Numbered from the stretch's first letter, positions 10,979 through 24,431 are shown. The stretch: 42,445 bases of DNA from Octopus bimaculoides (GCF_001194135.2 NC_068990.1:45026931-45069375), one strand, 5' to 3'. The notes: generated by a model not told the origin, from the letters alone. A program made the numbers and translations.

Positions 10979-12875
10979 ATGTCAGGACCACCAGCTAAGA
11001 AATGATGCCATTCAACTGATGAGATTAGAAGAGAATTTCAAAAATACTGGACTGAAAAGATTGCTATGATTAAGAAAAACAATAAAGCATTATGTATTTT
11101 CTGTTCTAAAACTGTTGTTTGTAGAACTCCTTCTGTAAAAAAGCATTTTGAAAGTGTTCATAAGAACTTAACCAATTAAACTGAAGAGGAACAAGGAGAA
11201 TTAATTTCTTGTGAACTCAGCAAAACAAAAAAACAGGCTGATACTTTTATAAGCTTTATCTCGGGCAAGCCCAGTTCCAAATTAGCTGCTGCTAGTTTTG
11301 AGGTTTCAAAAGTTATTGCCCAGCATGGAAAGCCACTCAGTAATGAGGAGTATATTAAAGAAGCTTGGCTAGAGTGTGTACCTTTCCTTTTTGACAATTT
11401 TTCAGAAAAGGAAAAGATTATTCAGCACATTAAAGAATTGTCTGTGAGTAGGAAAACAGTTAAGGAAAGAATACTTAAGTTGGAGAAGAACACTTCTGAA
11501 CAATTGACAAAAGATTTGTCTTCATGTAGGTTTTTTTTCTATTCGTATTGATGAAAGTTCAGAGTACGGACATTACATCATCAGCTAGGTTAGCCACTTT
11601 TTCTCGATTTTGTGAAGGTGATGAATTATGTGATGAGACGGTTGCCCTTCTTACACTGTCTGAGCATACTACGGGGGCTGAAATATGTAAAGCAACAGTG
11701 AACGAATTGTCTTCTCAACAAATTGACATTTCAAAAGTAGTATCCGTCACAACAGATGGTGCCCCCAGCATGACTTGTGAGAAGGTAGGATTTATAAACC
11801 CGTTTGCAAAAGAAGTTGGTCACACACTGATAGGTTTTCATTGCATCTTACATGAGGAGGTTTTATGTGCAAAAGCTGGCCTGAAGGAACTTCAGGAAGT
11901 GATGCAAACTGTTACCAAGGTTGTTAATTACATTTCTGCTCAGGCTTTGAATGAGAGACAATGTCAAGTTTTACTGAATGAGGTAGAATTTGTGTACAAA
12001 GGACTGAAAATGTACAACAATGTTTGATGGCTTAGCTGAGGTTTGGTTCTGAAACGATTTGTTGAATGCTTAAATGAGATAAAACTTTTTTTGAATGACC
12101 AACATGTTTCTCACCAAGAACTGTCTGACATCATGTAGGTTTGTAAACTGGTGTTTTTTGCAGATTTTTGTGAACATTTGAATGACTTGAATGTTAAATT
12201 ACAGGGTTCCAGTATGACACCTGATGTTATGTTTGGTTACATAAAGGCTTTTGAAATGAAACTAGACGTTTTTAAGAAGGATGTGGACAATGAGAGATTT
12301 AGATACTTCCCAAACCTAAAGAGGTACATCAATGATCTCTCAAAAGATGACAGAACATTATCAAGTCAACTGTTGAGCAGTATTTTACAAGGTTTGCTAA
12401 ATTCAGGGAACTGGAAGAAACAGCAAAATTCATGAAGTTTCCAGACATTATCAAACTGGAAGAACTAAACTTACAAATGTTTTCATGGATAGACATGGTT
12501 GATTTTGAAATGCAGTTGATTGAATTTCAAAGTAGTTCAATTTGGAAGTAAAAATTTATTATTGACCTTAGAGTTGACTTAGAAAATATTGAAAAAAAGC
12601 GATTAGAGACAGGAGTACCAGAGAGGAGTGTGGAAAACAAATTATTAAGGACTTGGGATGCCATTCCAAAAAATGTTTCCAGTTTAAAAAACTTTGCAAC
12701 AGCACTAACATATGCCTGTGAATCCCTGTTCTCAGTGATGAACTTTGTTAAGTCTTGTAATAGGAGTAACCTGACGGATGAAACTAGTAGTACATGCATA
12801 TCTCTGAAGGTTATGAAATATAAACCCGATACAAAATCTCTGTCATCAGTGATGCAGCAGCAGAAGTCCCACTGA
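10979..12875 (+). pseudogene. hAT (Charlie/SPIN-like, GTF2IRD2/EPM2AIP1-type) transposase pseudogene
   Basis: N-terminal BED finger (ALCIFC...KKHFESVH), catalytic core (IDES, TTDGAPSM, FHCILHEE), hATC dimerisation region (TYACESLFSVMN) and C-terminus QQQKSH*. Multiple stops and frameshifts, e.g. TGA at 11003-11005. Confidence 0.92.
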
Positions 12876-12910
12876 TAATACTGTATATACATGTATATCT
12901 AAAGGAGTCA

Positions 12911-13038
12911 GCAAGTTTTCTGTCAAACTGATATTTCATCTGACTGATGTTTTCTTTTGAAAGTGGCAAAGGTTGTCTGCAAGTTTTCTGTCAGATTGAT
13001 ATTTTATCTGATGTTTTCTTTTGAAAGTGGCAAAGGTT
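12911..13038 (+). repeat. Tandem ~65-bp duplication in the hAT subterminal region
   Basis: gcaagttttctgtca...ttgaaagtggcaaaggtt occurs at 12911-12974 and 12979-13038. Confidence 0.9.
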
Positions 13039-13315
13039 CATTGCTGTTTAGATGTAACTTTGAAGGTGAATAAATACATTTTCCATCATTATATACTGTG
13101 TTTTACTACTCTATGATGATTTTTTTTATCATTTATTAAAACAGTTCTTAACATACACTTTCTTAAGTAGTTTAGTATGTTCTCCAAAAAATTTGGTTGG
13201 CACGTGCAAGAATTTTGTGTCAGAGATGTTGCCAGATTTGGCACGCACTCTCAAAAAAGGTTGCCCACCCCTGCTCTAGGGTATCTGACAAGTCATAAAT
13301 TTCCTTGGTGTATTA

Positions 13316-14968
13316 TAATCAAATGAATAATAGCATACGATGGATAACTGTCAGCTCATTACAGCTGTTTCTTACGTAACATTTTAATAGAAGAATGAGA
13401 ACATTACTCCATTATAAAAGACTAATCATCAGATGAGAAGTAATTTTACAAACAAAAGAATATCCCAAGAATACAGCAGGTATTTGGCTGAAGTCTGTCG
13501 AGGCCAACTATGAAATGAGAGAATGACCAACTATGTTGGCCGTTCAGGTTAAGAATATAGTTCTTGAAAGTGTGTAATATGATCTCTAAGGTCAGCGATT
13601 CAGGTGAGAAGGAATCTGTTAGACTAGATCATAGGCAGACTGGAGTGGAGTGTAGGTGATAATTTATTATAGTAGGCTTAGAGCAGTGGGGAGTAAGGAG
13701 AGGTCATAAAATAAATTAAGGATAAAGCAAAAATAAATGATAAATAAATCAAACATAAGAATGAAGGAAAAATGAAAAATAAAAGCATACAAGCCAATCA
13801 GGCATAGGGTCAGGGTATAAGAATCTCTAGCTAATACTAAATGACCAAGGGAGGTGGACAGAGATACACAGAATTTAGGGGTATTCAGTGGATATTGGTT
13901 GAAAGTTAGGGGAGGGTACAAAGGCAATCAAATAACAAGATCGAACTTTTATGGAATTGAAGTTATAGTAAAGTAGAGTGCAACCTATCAATAAGGAGTT
14001 TAAATAATTTAAAGAAGGATGGGGTTATATAATGAACTCTACCTAGTACAGAGTTTGAGTAATTAGCAGATCGGATTTCAAGGAAAGCCAGCAGTAGGCA
14101 GTAGTCTAATGATTAACAATATGGAATGTTAAACGGTTGGCAATGATATTAAAATTGGATGGTATAATTACCTTTGTATGAATCAGGTGAAGCAACTCGA
14201 AACAATCGTTGTGGGTAAGAGGTTTGGCTAGTGTGTTCTATCTACTATTTAACAAGTGCTGCTCAAAAGACTGTATGTTGATGTAAGGAATACATACCTA
14301 GTAGAAATGGAAACAAACTGGCTAGGGTGTGCAGGCTGCTACTAGGGGTTAAATATCAGTCATTGCTACTGCATAATACCGGGTACACCATGGATAGAAT
14401 GGTTAGTTCCTTCAATGTAGCATACCATGTATGTATTGTAAGAGCAGTTAAAAGGTACTGGTAAAGGGAAAACAAGACTAGAAGGACTCAGAAACGAATG
14501 GATAAATCGATAAACTAAAGGGTCAGCAAAAGAGGGAGTAAATTAGATTGGACCTACGTTGGGGGCTATTATAGAGGTTGTTTAATGTCCTTAAAGTATT
14601 TAAATGTGCAGGAAGCCTTATATATACAGGAAAGATGAAGGTATAGTTTATTATTTAGTAGATTTTCACTATTAAATCTCCTTAAAATTTCAAAAAGCCC
14701 CATGCAGCAAAGTCTGCATCTGTATCTACTGTTTAAGAACAGTTTGGTGACCCTAATAATGTCCCAACTCTATCAAATTTAACATTATTGTCCTTGAGCT
14801 CCCAAGTTTTTGTGGCTAGAGACATCCTGTCAGCCCTATGTCTTAATTTAAAAGATGAATAGTCGTTGCATAAACACCCCTTGAGATTTATGGAGCAGCC
14901 AATATAAGTATACATAACAAACAGCTGTAATGAACTGACAATTATCTATCGTATGTTATTCATTTGAT
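13316..14968. repeat. Inverted ~60-bp repeat pair of the same MITE family enclosing 1.5 kb of degraded sequence
   Basis: aatcaaatgaataa...tgtcagctcattacagctgtttct at 13316 is the reverse complement of about 14905-14968, and both resemble the ends of 2241-2536. Confidence 0.65.
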
Positions 14969-15049
14969 TATATATATATATACATATATATATATATTAT
15001 GAGAGAGAGAGAGAGTGAGAGACACACACACACACACACACACATATTA

Positions 15050-15590
15050 TCATCATCATTTAATATACATCCTCCATTCTTCCATGCTAACATGGTTTGG
15101 ATGGTATGACAGGAATCATTTTAGCTGCAGGACAGTCAAGCTCCAATGTCTGCTTTAACATGGTTTCTATGACTGGATGTTCTTCTTAACATTAATCTCT
15201 TACACTGTGTATTGGGTGCTTTTCTTCATGGCATTGGTGTTAGTGAGGTTCCCAAAAAACTTGCAATACAAAGTAAAAGAAACTCCCTCGCCTGAATGGG
15301 ATTGCAGTAGAGGGAGAAGTAGCTTGATGTCAGGATTTGAGATGCTGAAGTATGAGAGGATGTGATTTAAGTGACAGTTCAGAAAGGGTTGTAGAGTAGT
15401 AGTATAATAAACCTGTAGATGGATCAGAAAATAGGGAGATGATGTACTGGGTGGAAGAGTGGAAGGAGAGGGAGATATACAGAGATGGAAGTCAGATGTA
15501 TGAAGTGGTGGCTATAGTAATTGAGTCATGATGAGTGTGGGGAATTGACAGTAGATAAGAGGGTGTTAAAGGTGAGGTATGACACATATT
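15050..15590 (-). repeat. RTE-tail repeat with purine-rich extension
   Basis: catcatcatttaa...ttccatgctaacatgg...gggtgctt, then similarity to the reverse complement of 24965-25600. Confidence 0.65.
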
Positions 15591-15641
<51 letters not shown>

Positions 15642-15654
15642 ATATAATATAATC

Positions 15655-15845
15655 AGTGTATGGTGCCACGTAAAAAGCACCCAGTGAACTCTGTAAAGTA
15701 GTTGACATTAGGAAGGGCATCCAACCGTAGAAACCATGCCAGAACAAACAGAACCTGGTGCAGCCCCCAGTCTTACCAGCTCCTGTCAAACTGTCCAACC
15801 CATGCCAGCATGGAAAACGGACGTTAAATGATGATGATGATGATG
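15655..15845 (+). repeat. RTE-tail repeat (short copy)
   Basis: Same motifs with (gat)n tail. Confidence 0.85.
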
Positions 15846-17203
15846 TATACAATATTATAGATCCATTAAGTAAATTTTAGCAATCGGTTTCACACCTGAT
15901 ATTAGATAATCAGACAAATTTCTAATAACTGCTTATCAGAAATGGCAGAATAGAAAATAAATATACGTTGATTAATATATCCACAAACGAGTGCCTTTTT
16001 CCCTGACTTATGGATTCTTAGACGACTACACACACATACACACACACACACACAAGTATTGGACATTGTATAAAATACATACATATATGTGTGTGCAAGT
16101 AATGAATACTTGTCATACACATTTTTATATAAACATCATAAATGAATTTAATAGCCCAATTACACGCCAAGTGAGGTAATTATGTTTATATTGTATATTT
16201 TTGCAAGGTTTTAATTTATTGTGCAGTTAATTAGAATTAGTTTTTGTTTAAATAAATAATTAATTATATTTGAGACTGTCAGAGATTATTTCCGGGAAAT
16301 ACATATTGCTAAATCAAGAAAGAGAGAGAAAAGACATTTGTATGATTCATTAAGAAACGGTTTGTAATATCTTTGGATCTGTTTATACACAGACATTATT
16401 AATGCATGTCTTCAATCAAAAGGCAACACGCTGAGTCACCGATACATTTTGTAAAACAAATACGAACACTGACACAAAACATTGCTATAGCATGGTCAAA
16501 TACCCACAATGGTTGTTGGAATAAACTAAAGAGCCGTGACAAAGCTCACATGTCATGATCAAAATATTTATAGCATGGATGTAAATGATGTAACATCGAC
16601 TAATCGGTGGGGGAGGTCTTTGTTTTGTTTTGTTTTTTTGGGTTTTTTTTTGTTCTTTATGTGTGTAAAACATGAATACAGAATTTTGTGAATATATACA
16701 GTTGAAATGGTCAAAGGAAAATACAATCAGTATTTGAAAACAGGAAGCCTTTTAGAGTTTAAAATAATCATTGTGCACATAAGCATATTCGTATATTGGA
16801 ATATATACAATATCTATATATGAAGTCATACGCAGATATGTATATCTATATGCAGGCAACTGATCCACGATTCTGGGGAACCATTCCATGAAAGTAATCC
16901 ATACACATATGCACATCTTTTGCTTTTCCCCAGGCATATTCCATTTTAGAAATTAAGTTTAAACAATACACGTGAAATAAACGTTCAGTGAAGTACGCTC
17001 TTTAGTTTATATATTAAGTTATGTGTTGTTTACGATACCATAGTTTTATAAATAAATATAAAGGATGCACATGGTCGTGGGAACAAAGGTTGTGAAACTA
17101 AATAAAGGACTAAATATCATGACGTAGTGTCTTAGACTACTAATTCGATCTGATGATTTCAAATATGAATGTAACAAATTTTAATTTTGTAAACTTTCAT
17201 GTA

Positions 17204-17252
<49 letters not shown>

Positions 17253-17340
17253 GTGTGTGTATGTATGTATGTATGTATGTATTTGAGCAACTTCGTGAAA
17301 GAACTAATTTTCAAATTTCGCGATGTTTAAAAATACACCT

Positions 17341-17371
<31 letters not shown>

Positions 17372-17590
17372 ATCCCGAACTGCAAGTAACAAGTCGCCTG
17401 AGAATCGCGAACGAGAGAATCCGAGTGGCAATTTACACTCAACTTTGTATAAATATTAATTTCATTCTTACCTATCAGTACTGAAAACATTCTTTCGCTT
17501 GATTAAATTTTCCACATACTATGATATCACCAGCTATATATATATGACAAGACTTTCCCAAAAAACACCTCTTTTTAAAATTTTTTTCAA

Positions 17591-17635
<45 letters not shown>

Positions 17636-17787
17636 TACATACATGTGTGTGTGTGTGTTAGACAGAGAGATGTGAGGCATATGTGTGTATGTGAGCATTT
17701 ATGTACACACACACAAGCACAGAAGTTGATGATTCACTTTGGTGCTACTTCAAGTTTCTCGCTTTTGTGCGCTCATTCACTCCTCAC

Positions 17788-17840
17788 CCTCAATATTTTA
17801 TAGTCCGACGATGATTCAGCTGACCGAAACTTCGAAGTCA
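17788..17840 (-). other. Candidate 53-nt exon (UTR or coding TSKFRSAESSSDYKILR)
   Basis: tattattgacAG acceptor, AGG|GTGAGG donor, CpG-rich, phase-0 end in its only open frame. Confidence 0.25.
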
Positions 17841-19025
17841 CTGTCAATAATATTAAGAATAATTAAATTTGTACTCTACAAAAGTATAGAGTATATATAT
17901 ATGATTAATGAAAAATTGTTTTTGTTATATATAACTGAACATAAAAACATGCAGGTATGTGGTGTTTGGTGATGCAAACAGGAAAATGATTCAAAACAAG
18001 AGAATATGTTTGTTGTTTATTAATAATCAGTAGACGTTACGGTGACTCAAGGGTCGAGAGTTTCGTTCCAGTACATGAAACAATCCGATCTCGATTAAAA
18101 GAAAAACATGCATTCATATATATATATACTGGACACACACACACACACGTATATCTGTGTGTATGCATGTATGTATGTATTTGCACACATAGAGAGAAAG
18201 AAAAGAGTAGAGATGAGTAAGGAAATCCAACATTCTTTAGGTTGTGCGACGAAATATTATGTGATCAGTGGATGAGTTTAATACGATATTATGTTTTAAA
18301 GAAATCTATCATGTGAGGAGAGGAAAGTTTACCTCTATCATTATCCAAAATGGAGAGACCGCTATTAGTAAACAATTTAGGGGTAATTGTTCAGTTTACT
18401 TTAATGTTTACCTCTATTGCTAAAATGGGATGGGCACGATTGGCAGGCACACCATTGATCATACGTTTCCTCAATTAGAGCTGGCCTAGAACTAAATGAA
18501 AATAAGCTAGCAACCTGGAGAAAAACTAAATATACATTAGTATGAAGAGAAAGTATTTATTTTACAAACTGAAACTAATACAATTTAAGTAATTTATCAA
18601 TTACTTAATGGTTTCAATTTATGCACGAGAAAGAATCAGTGAGATAATTACTGGTCATTTAAATCGGTTGTTAGTTAAAAAGTATGTCCAAGCTAAGAGG
18701 GTTTTGTTGATACATGTAAAGAGGAAGTGGGGAGAAATCAGGTATTTCAATACTCTAAAAAGGTCGTTTCTAATCATTGTAATATCTCTTAAGCTCACCT
18801 GCACATTTCCAGATATGGTTTCTAAAACATAAAAAGTCTGATTTATACTTCTATCAGTAACTAAAACATTTTAAGAAAGTTTACCTTTATTAATTATAAC
18901 AAAGGCAGTGAAGAAAGTTTACCGCTATTTAATTCAACTAAGGTAATAATGAAAGATTTGTATAAACTCTATAAATTGGAACATTAGAAATTAATTTGTG
19001 TGGAAACGAAAGACAATAGACTTAC

Positions 19026-19230
19026 CTCTGCGAAATGGACAAGACAAGAGAGAAAAATATTATCCCTTTTTTTTTAAAATTAGAACAGGTATCTATTGTG
19101 CTGTGAACAAGAGCAAGCAACCATTACTGGGTTTCTAACGAGGCGATAGTGACGCCTTGTTTATTTCACTCTCTCTCTCTCTCTCTCTCTAGCACCTCCG
19201 CCCACTTTCTCTCTCGCCCTCCCTCCTACT
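19026..19230 (-). promoter_or_regulatory. Candidate first exon and promoter region of the minus-strand gene
   Basis: Consensus donor CAGAG|GTAAGT at 19026/19025, CpG-enriched segment, (CT)n tract and GC box ccgccc at 19198-19203. Confidence 0.3.
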
Positions 19231-20457
19231 GTCTATTTATCTTAGGACAGCAATGGGCTCTTATTGACATGGAAGTTCTAATATTACTGCTTGTACATCT
19301 ACTACTACTGCCGGTACAATAACTACTATTCTTAAGATGATTGTTGAGTACTGCTTCTAATACTTTTGTTTGTTTTTTTTTAACCCGATGTCAGCTGTCA
19401 TTCTGTGACTGGGCATGCCTTTAATCGAAAGATTTACAGCTGACAATCCCCTTTCAATAATATGACTAGGCTATTCAATGTATCCCTTTTTTTAAAATAT
19501 GATAGTGCTTGATTCGAAGAAGATTTAGCTGCTATTTCTAGCATAACGGACAAGTAGTGGCTCTCTCACTGACTCATTTCACGTTATCCTACATCTACTT
19601 GACTACTGCCCATTTAATTTGTATCTCTCTCTATATGTTTGCGTGTGTGTATGTAGAGAGAGAGAGAGAAAGTCAAATTTTCGTTTATTGCCCCATATAT
19701 ATGTAAATAGATAGAAAAAAAGCATGCTAGACGTCTTAATATGGTCGCTAAAAATAAAAAGAACTTCATGGACCATTTTTCAGAGTCACAATGACTCGTA
19801 GGCTGAAGTTTCATTCAAACCGGAGACCTTGTCCGATTGTTTGAAACAGAGTGAACTCCGCTAATGGCACCCAGGGATTATGACCATGTGCTCGGATTAA
19901 ACCGGTTGCCAGATTAAGTCTCCCGCTAAAAATTTGCGGTAGATATTGAATCCCTCAAAAGCATTCCAGTCTTAACTATCTTGTCACTTTTTTTTTTTTT
20001 TTTAGACAGTGTGTACCACGAATTATATTACTCAATATATTTTAGATTTTTATGGATGGTACGGTGTGTGATTTGAGATAGAATAAGTTGTTTCTTGCAG
20101 AGCGGGCGACCAAGTAGAAGCGTCCTTTGAAACTGATGATTGCTTGATCAGTATCTAAGTAACTCGCTTGAGTCATTTTCCATATACGGAAGAAAATTAC
20201 TCATGTGAGCTACTTAAATACTGGTATAATTTCCTATTGACTTGTTGATTTTAATTTAAATTTAGGCTTTTCTTGTTTTTATCGTTTAATGTTTGATAAT
20301 GTCTTTTTCAAATGTTGTTTTTGTTTTGGTTTAGAATAAAAGGCTGTGCACATGATTCTCGCATCCCTTCTGAAACTAACAAAAGATCTTACATTGATTT
20401 ACTTGGAAAAATAATAATGATTTGTGACACAAACACAAGTCCAGGAATCTTGTTAGA

Positions 20458-20693
20458 AAGGCGGCGAGCTGGCAGAAGCGTTAGCACGTCAGGCGAAATG
20501 CTTAGCGGTATTTCGCCTGCCGCTACATTCTGAGTTCAAATTCCGCCGAGGTCGACTTTGCCTTTCATCCTTTCGGGGTCGATTAAATAAGTACCAGTTA
20601 CACACTGGAGTCGATATAATCGACTTAATCCGTTTGCCTGTCCTTGTTTGTCCCCTCTGTGTGTAGCCCCTTGTGGGCAGTAAAGAAATAAGA
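20458..20693 (+). mobile_element. Young tRNA-derived SINE with 12-bp TSD
   Basis: ggcggcgagctggcagaa head with B-box-like gagttcaaattcc. CpGs retained. TSD aatcttgttaga at 20446-20457 and 20694-20705. Confidence 0.92.
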
Positions 20694-22315
20694 AATCTTG
20701 TTAGAGAGAAACAATTAAACTGCGGCGTTGGATGTAACGTACAGCTTCCCTGAAAAGATTTGAACTCAGAATATAAAATGACAGCATTTTGTCTACTGTT
20801 CTGCTAGTTTTGCAATCCACCTGCCTAAAACTAACCTTTATCTTAGACACAAGACCATCTGATACATGATTTCACTCACAACTTAACTGGTACTTATTCC
20901 TTTAACCATCAATGTATGAATAACAAAGTCGACCTGGGCCTAATTTGAACTTGAGTCCTATTCCGATTCTACTATCGATAGCTGATTTCTAACATGCATA
21001 AGATCACAAATTGAAAAAGGGGAAGACAGTTTAATTGACACTCCACTTGTAGAACCTGGTTCTTATCACGGAAGCATGAGAGGCAACATCGAAAACGATG
21101 CGAAATGCCGAAGAAAAGTTCTATCACTTAAAATCGTTTGTTCTTGTTACAGAGACAGGTCAAGCGCAACATCAATAGATAGACAAGCATTTAGGAGTTC
21201 ACATACATGTATACATAATCGCAAAATGCCATTAAGTTAGAGACAAATAAAGACACAGACAGAAACAAAGAGAGAGAGAGAGTGAATGAGTGAGGGTATG
21301 TTGTGATTAAGTAACAGGGCTCTCTCTCTTTTTCCAGGACGAACCTAATCTCAACTATTTTTGACAGGCTATTACCATCTTAACTGTATTCACTGGAGCT
21401 GGCCTCCTCCAGAGAATGAGAATGCAGATTTGAGCTACTTTTCAAAAATACTTTGAGTGACAGGTGCCGATTTTACGCATTTATATATCAGTACATTCAG
21501 TATTTTAGTTATTTAATACACAAAGTGAATGTACGGATATGCAAATGAGTAAAACTGGAGTCGTTGCTCATTACTCTAAGCTGTTGTTTCTCTCTGAAGG
21601 CGTAAACCAATGAACACTCTTCAGACAACTATAACTGTTTGAAACTGGTTATTTACACAGCAAGACTACAATGTTTGTGAACTTACTATTTATCTACACA
21701 CATGCTGTCTCTACAGTCGTTATTTATATATATAAGTACACAACCAATTTTCCAGCATTCTTGGTTCCAGACCAGTTAACAAAGGTCATATATTTCTGTA
21801 TAAATTCTTAGAAGACTGCTGCCACATTATTAATAACTTTTTTCCCTATTAGACCTTCATGGCATACCTTTTTTTATTCACTGGAAATGTTTGGAAGTCA
21901 AAAAACATCCTTCCAACAATTCAAACATAATAATATTAAAGCAGATATTCGAAACAAAATTTAATGCTGCACCTTACAAAGGTGCCATTGTTTTATGTCA
22001 AAGGAAAATTATAAATCATATATACATTTTTCTGACCACAGAGAAGAAAAAAGACGTTTGTTTATAATTGTCATAATTCAGTAATGGCAAATGACAGCAC
22101 CACATATCTTTGTCTCTCTGTCAATCTGTCTGTTCACAAAGGAGAGTATATCCACTTACCCCACAACTCCAATTTTCTATGACAGGTTAGGACCTGGATT
22201 CCTCCAAACAGAGCCCATCATTTACTCCACAAATGTTTTGTCGTCAATGCTTCACTTTCCTGTATCACTTGTTTCAACATAACTGTAATATACATACAAA
22301 CTATGCCATTTTAAT

Positions 22316-22341
22316 CCCGAGCAACGCCGGGTATCTGCTAG
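22316..22341 (+). mobile_element. Helitron 3' terminus (hairpin + CTAG|T); 5' boundary not located
   Basis: GC hairpin cccgagcaacgccggg (22316-22331), then CTAG at 22338-22341 followed by T. This is the canonical Helitron 3' signature. Confidence 0.75.
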
Positions 22342-22479
22342 TATAATATATAGCATGTAGATAGAGTTATAGTCCAAGTTGTGCTCTCATGAAGCATATC
22401 TGCATTTTCTAGTTTCTGCATTTTCTGCATTTTCTAGTTCTCCAAAGTATATCCGTAGGTGTTATGATCCATATCAAAG

Positions 22480-22970
22480 TTGAAAGCATTGAAGAATGGT
22501 GTTAAATACTAGAAAGTACTTTCTGCAAAGTAATTGCTTATTAAAACAGAAAACTGGAAAATTTGAAACTATCAAATCAGTAAAACATGGACACTGAGAA
22601 AGAAATTATCAAATAGACTAAATGGATGTTACACAAGGATGCTACAAATGGCCCTAAATGTGAAATGGCAGCAGCATATAATAAATGATTGCTTTTATAG
22701 AGACCTGCAAAAAGTTAGTGAGAAGATTGGGCAAAGACAGCTGTGACTATCTGGTCACTGTGTGTGCCATCCTCTGCTGGAAGCATCTAAATTATTCTTG
22801 TGGAACCCACTTCATGGTGATGTAAGAAGAGGAAAGCGTCATCACACATCAACAACTTGATTGCAGACACTGGCCTGGAATGTATCCAGGACTTCGAGGC
22901 AGTGATGATGGACTGAGAAGTGTGACGGGTGGACTTTGTTACTGTGGCCTGGGATGGAACCAAGCCATGA
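22480..22970 (+). mobile_element. RTE-clade LINE (different family), 3' end of ORF, degraded
   Basis: GCYTRMLQMALNVKWQQH...KVSEKIGQRQL*LSGHCV...LWNPLHG...NLIADTGL matches the C-terminal RT region of RTE/RTEX LINEs. Confidence 0.75.
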
Positions 22971-23046
22971 TAATAATGTTTATTCCATATTACATATGTT
23001 TCTTCACCATTATGAGTTAGATTGATATACATGTAGAAAAACTTAT

Positions 23047-23124
23047 AAGAAATCTCCCATTAGCAATTCATCAGATAAAGAATTTTAATTCCCTATCTGA
23101 TAAATTGCTAATGGAAGATTTCTT
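23047..23124. repeat. 78-bp hairpin (31-bp arms, 2 mismatches)
   Basis: aagaaatctcccattagcaattcatcagata / tatctgataaattgctaatggaagatttctt. Confidence 0.9.
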
Positions 23125-23527
23125 GTGTTTTTCTACTTATTCAATGGGGAATTAAAAAAGTATCCAACTTCATTTTTTCCCACAAAAACTAATGTCACTT
23201 GGGCAAAATCCATAGGGTGGGATGTGACCCCCCCCCCCCCATCCTGTGCATGTGTGAAAATTTTTGCATCAGTAGGCTGCATCAGTTCCCAGCTGTTATG
23301 CCTAGCATACAGACATGTAGTGCATGCTCATCAAATTTTCGGTGGGGGGGGGTATATCCAGGACAACAGTGTCCAGTGTATCACTTTGTTTTTAAGATGT
23401 TAGATTGTGATTTTGAGAATCATTTGACTGCTATTTCTTGCAGAGAGAGTGACTTCATCTCTGTATCTGTATGGTGTGTTAGTGTAATTGTGTAAGATAT
23501 TGCTGGCCAAATAAAATTAGCTAAACT

Positions 23528-23561
<34 letters not shown>

Positions 23562-23572
23562 CTATCACTTTG

Positions 23573-23623
<51 letters not shown>

Positions 23624-24395
23624 GGCTGATACAAATGTGTTTGTATATATGATAAAATTTGACATTTTAATTACCTCAAATTAAACTTTTAGACATACTG
23701 AATACTAATTACATAAAGACCTCCCATTCTCCTTTAACAATAAAAGCCTCAGGCACCAAAACTACACTTGTCTTGAACCTAACTTTACAAACAAGCAAAA
23801 ATAATAGCTGTCAAATTAACAAAAGCTATTTTTCATTTCCTTATGGTATCAGTTAATAACTTTTAATTATTGTCAACTGTTGTAATTGAAGGTAATGCTT
23901 ATATTTTGGTGTAAATGATAGTTTTATATGGAACACAATAGAATTTGTGCCGGAAATATTTGAGGGGGCTTCTGTGTGCTTGCTTGACCTGCTAGAAATA
24001 GCAGCTAAAAATTTCTTTCCCTTAAATAATACATATTTGCATGGGTCAGATGGAAGATTGGAAACAAAGATCACTTGTATGACAATGACACTCATTGTCA
24101 CATATCAGTATTTTATATAAGAGAGGAACATTGTAAGGCTTGAAAATGGAACAGACAAATAGCTATATTTAACAAAATTAAGATAGTTTCTAACTTTTTA
24201 AACATGCAGCAAAACTGGCAGTGGTGTTAAGAAGGTGGAAAATTGACAGTCCTTTTTTTTTTTTGTTCCAATACCCTGAATTCTGTGTCCTGTCGATAAT
24301 TTCTACAACTTGGGTGATTTAATTAGCAGTGGAGGAGGATATACCAAAAGTGTAATTACTAGAATAAGAATAGGATAAAGAAAGGTGACAACCAA

Positions 24396-24429
<34 letters not shown>

Positions 24430-24431
<2 letters not shown>

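Larger units (their letters stand above)
10979..13273 (+). mobile_element. hAT DNA transposon; right end defined, left end not found
   Basis: 3' TIR aaaaaggttgcccacccctg ends at 13273 (reverse complement CAGGGGTGGGCAACC), followed by ctctaggg, which resembles the Charlie-type TCTAG target. No matching left TIR seen. Confidence 0.8.

Noticed and set aside
17463-17490. Apparent 9-nt microexon (ttttcAG|TACTGATAG|GTAAG, minus strand)
   Set aside because: A similar ctatcagta motif recurs at about 2200 and 18850, suggesting repeat-derived sequence.
22787-23032. 81-aa minus-strand ORF
   Set aside because: Antisense to the degraded RTE fragment on the plus strand.
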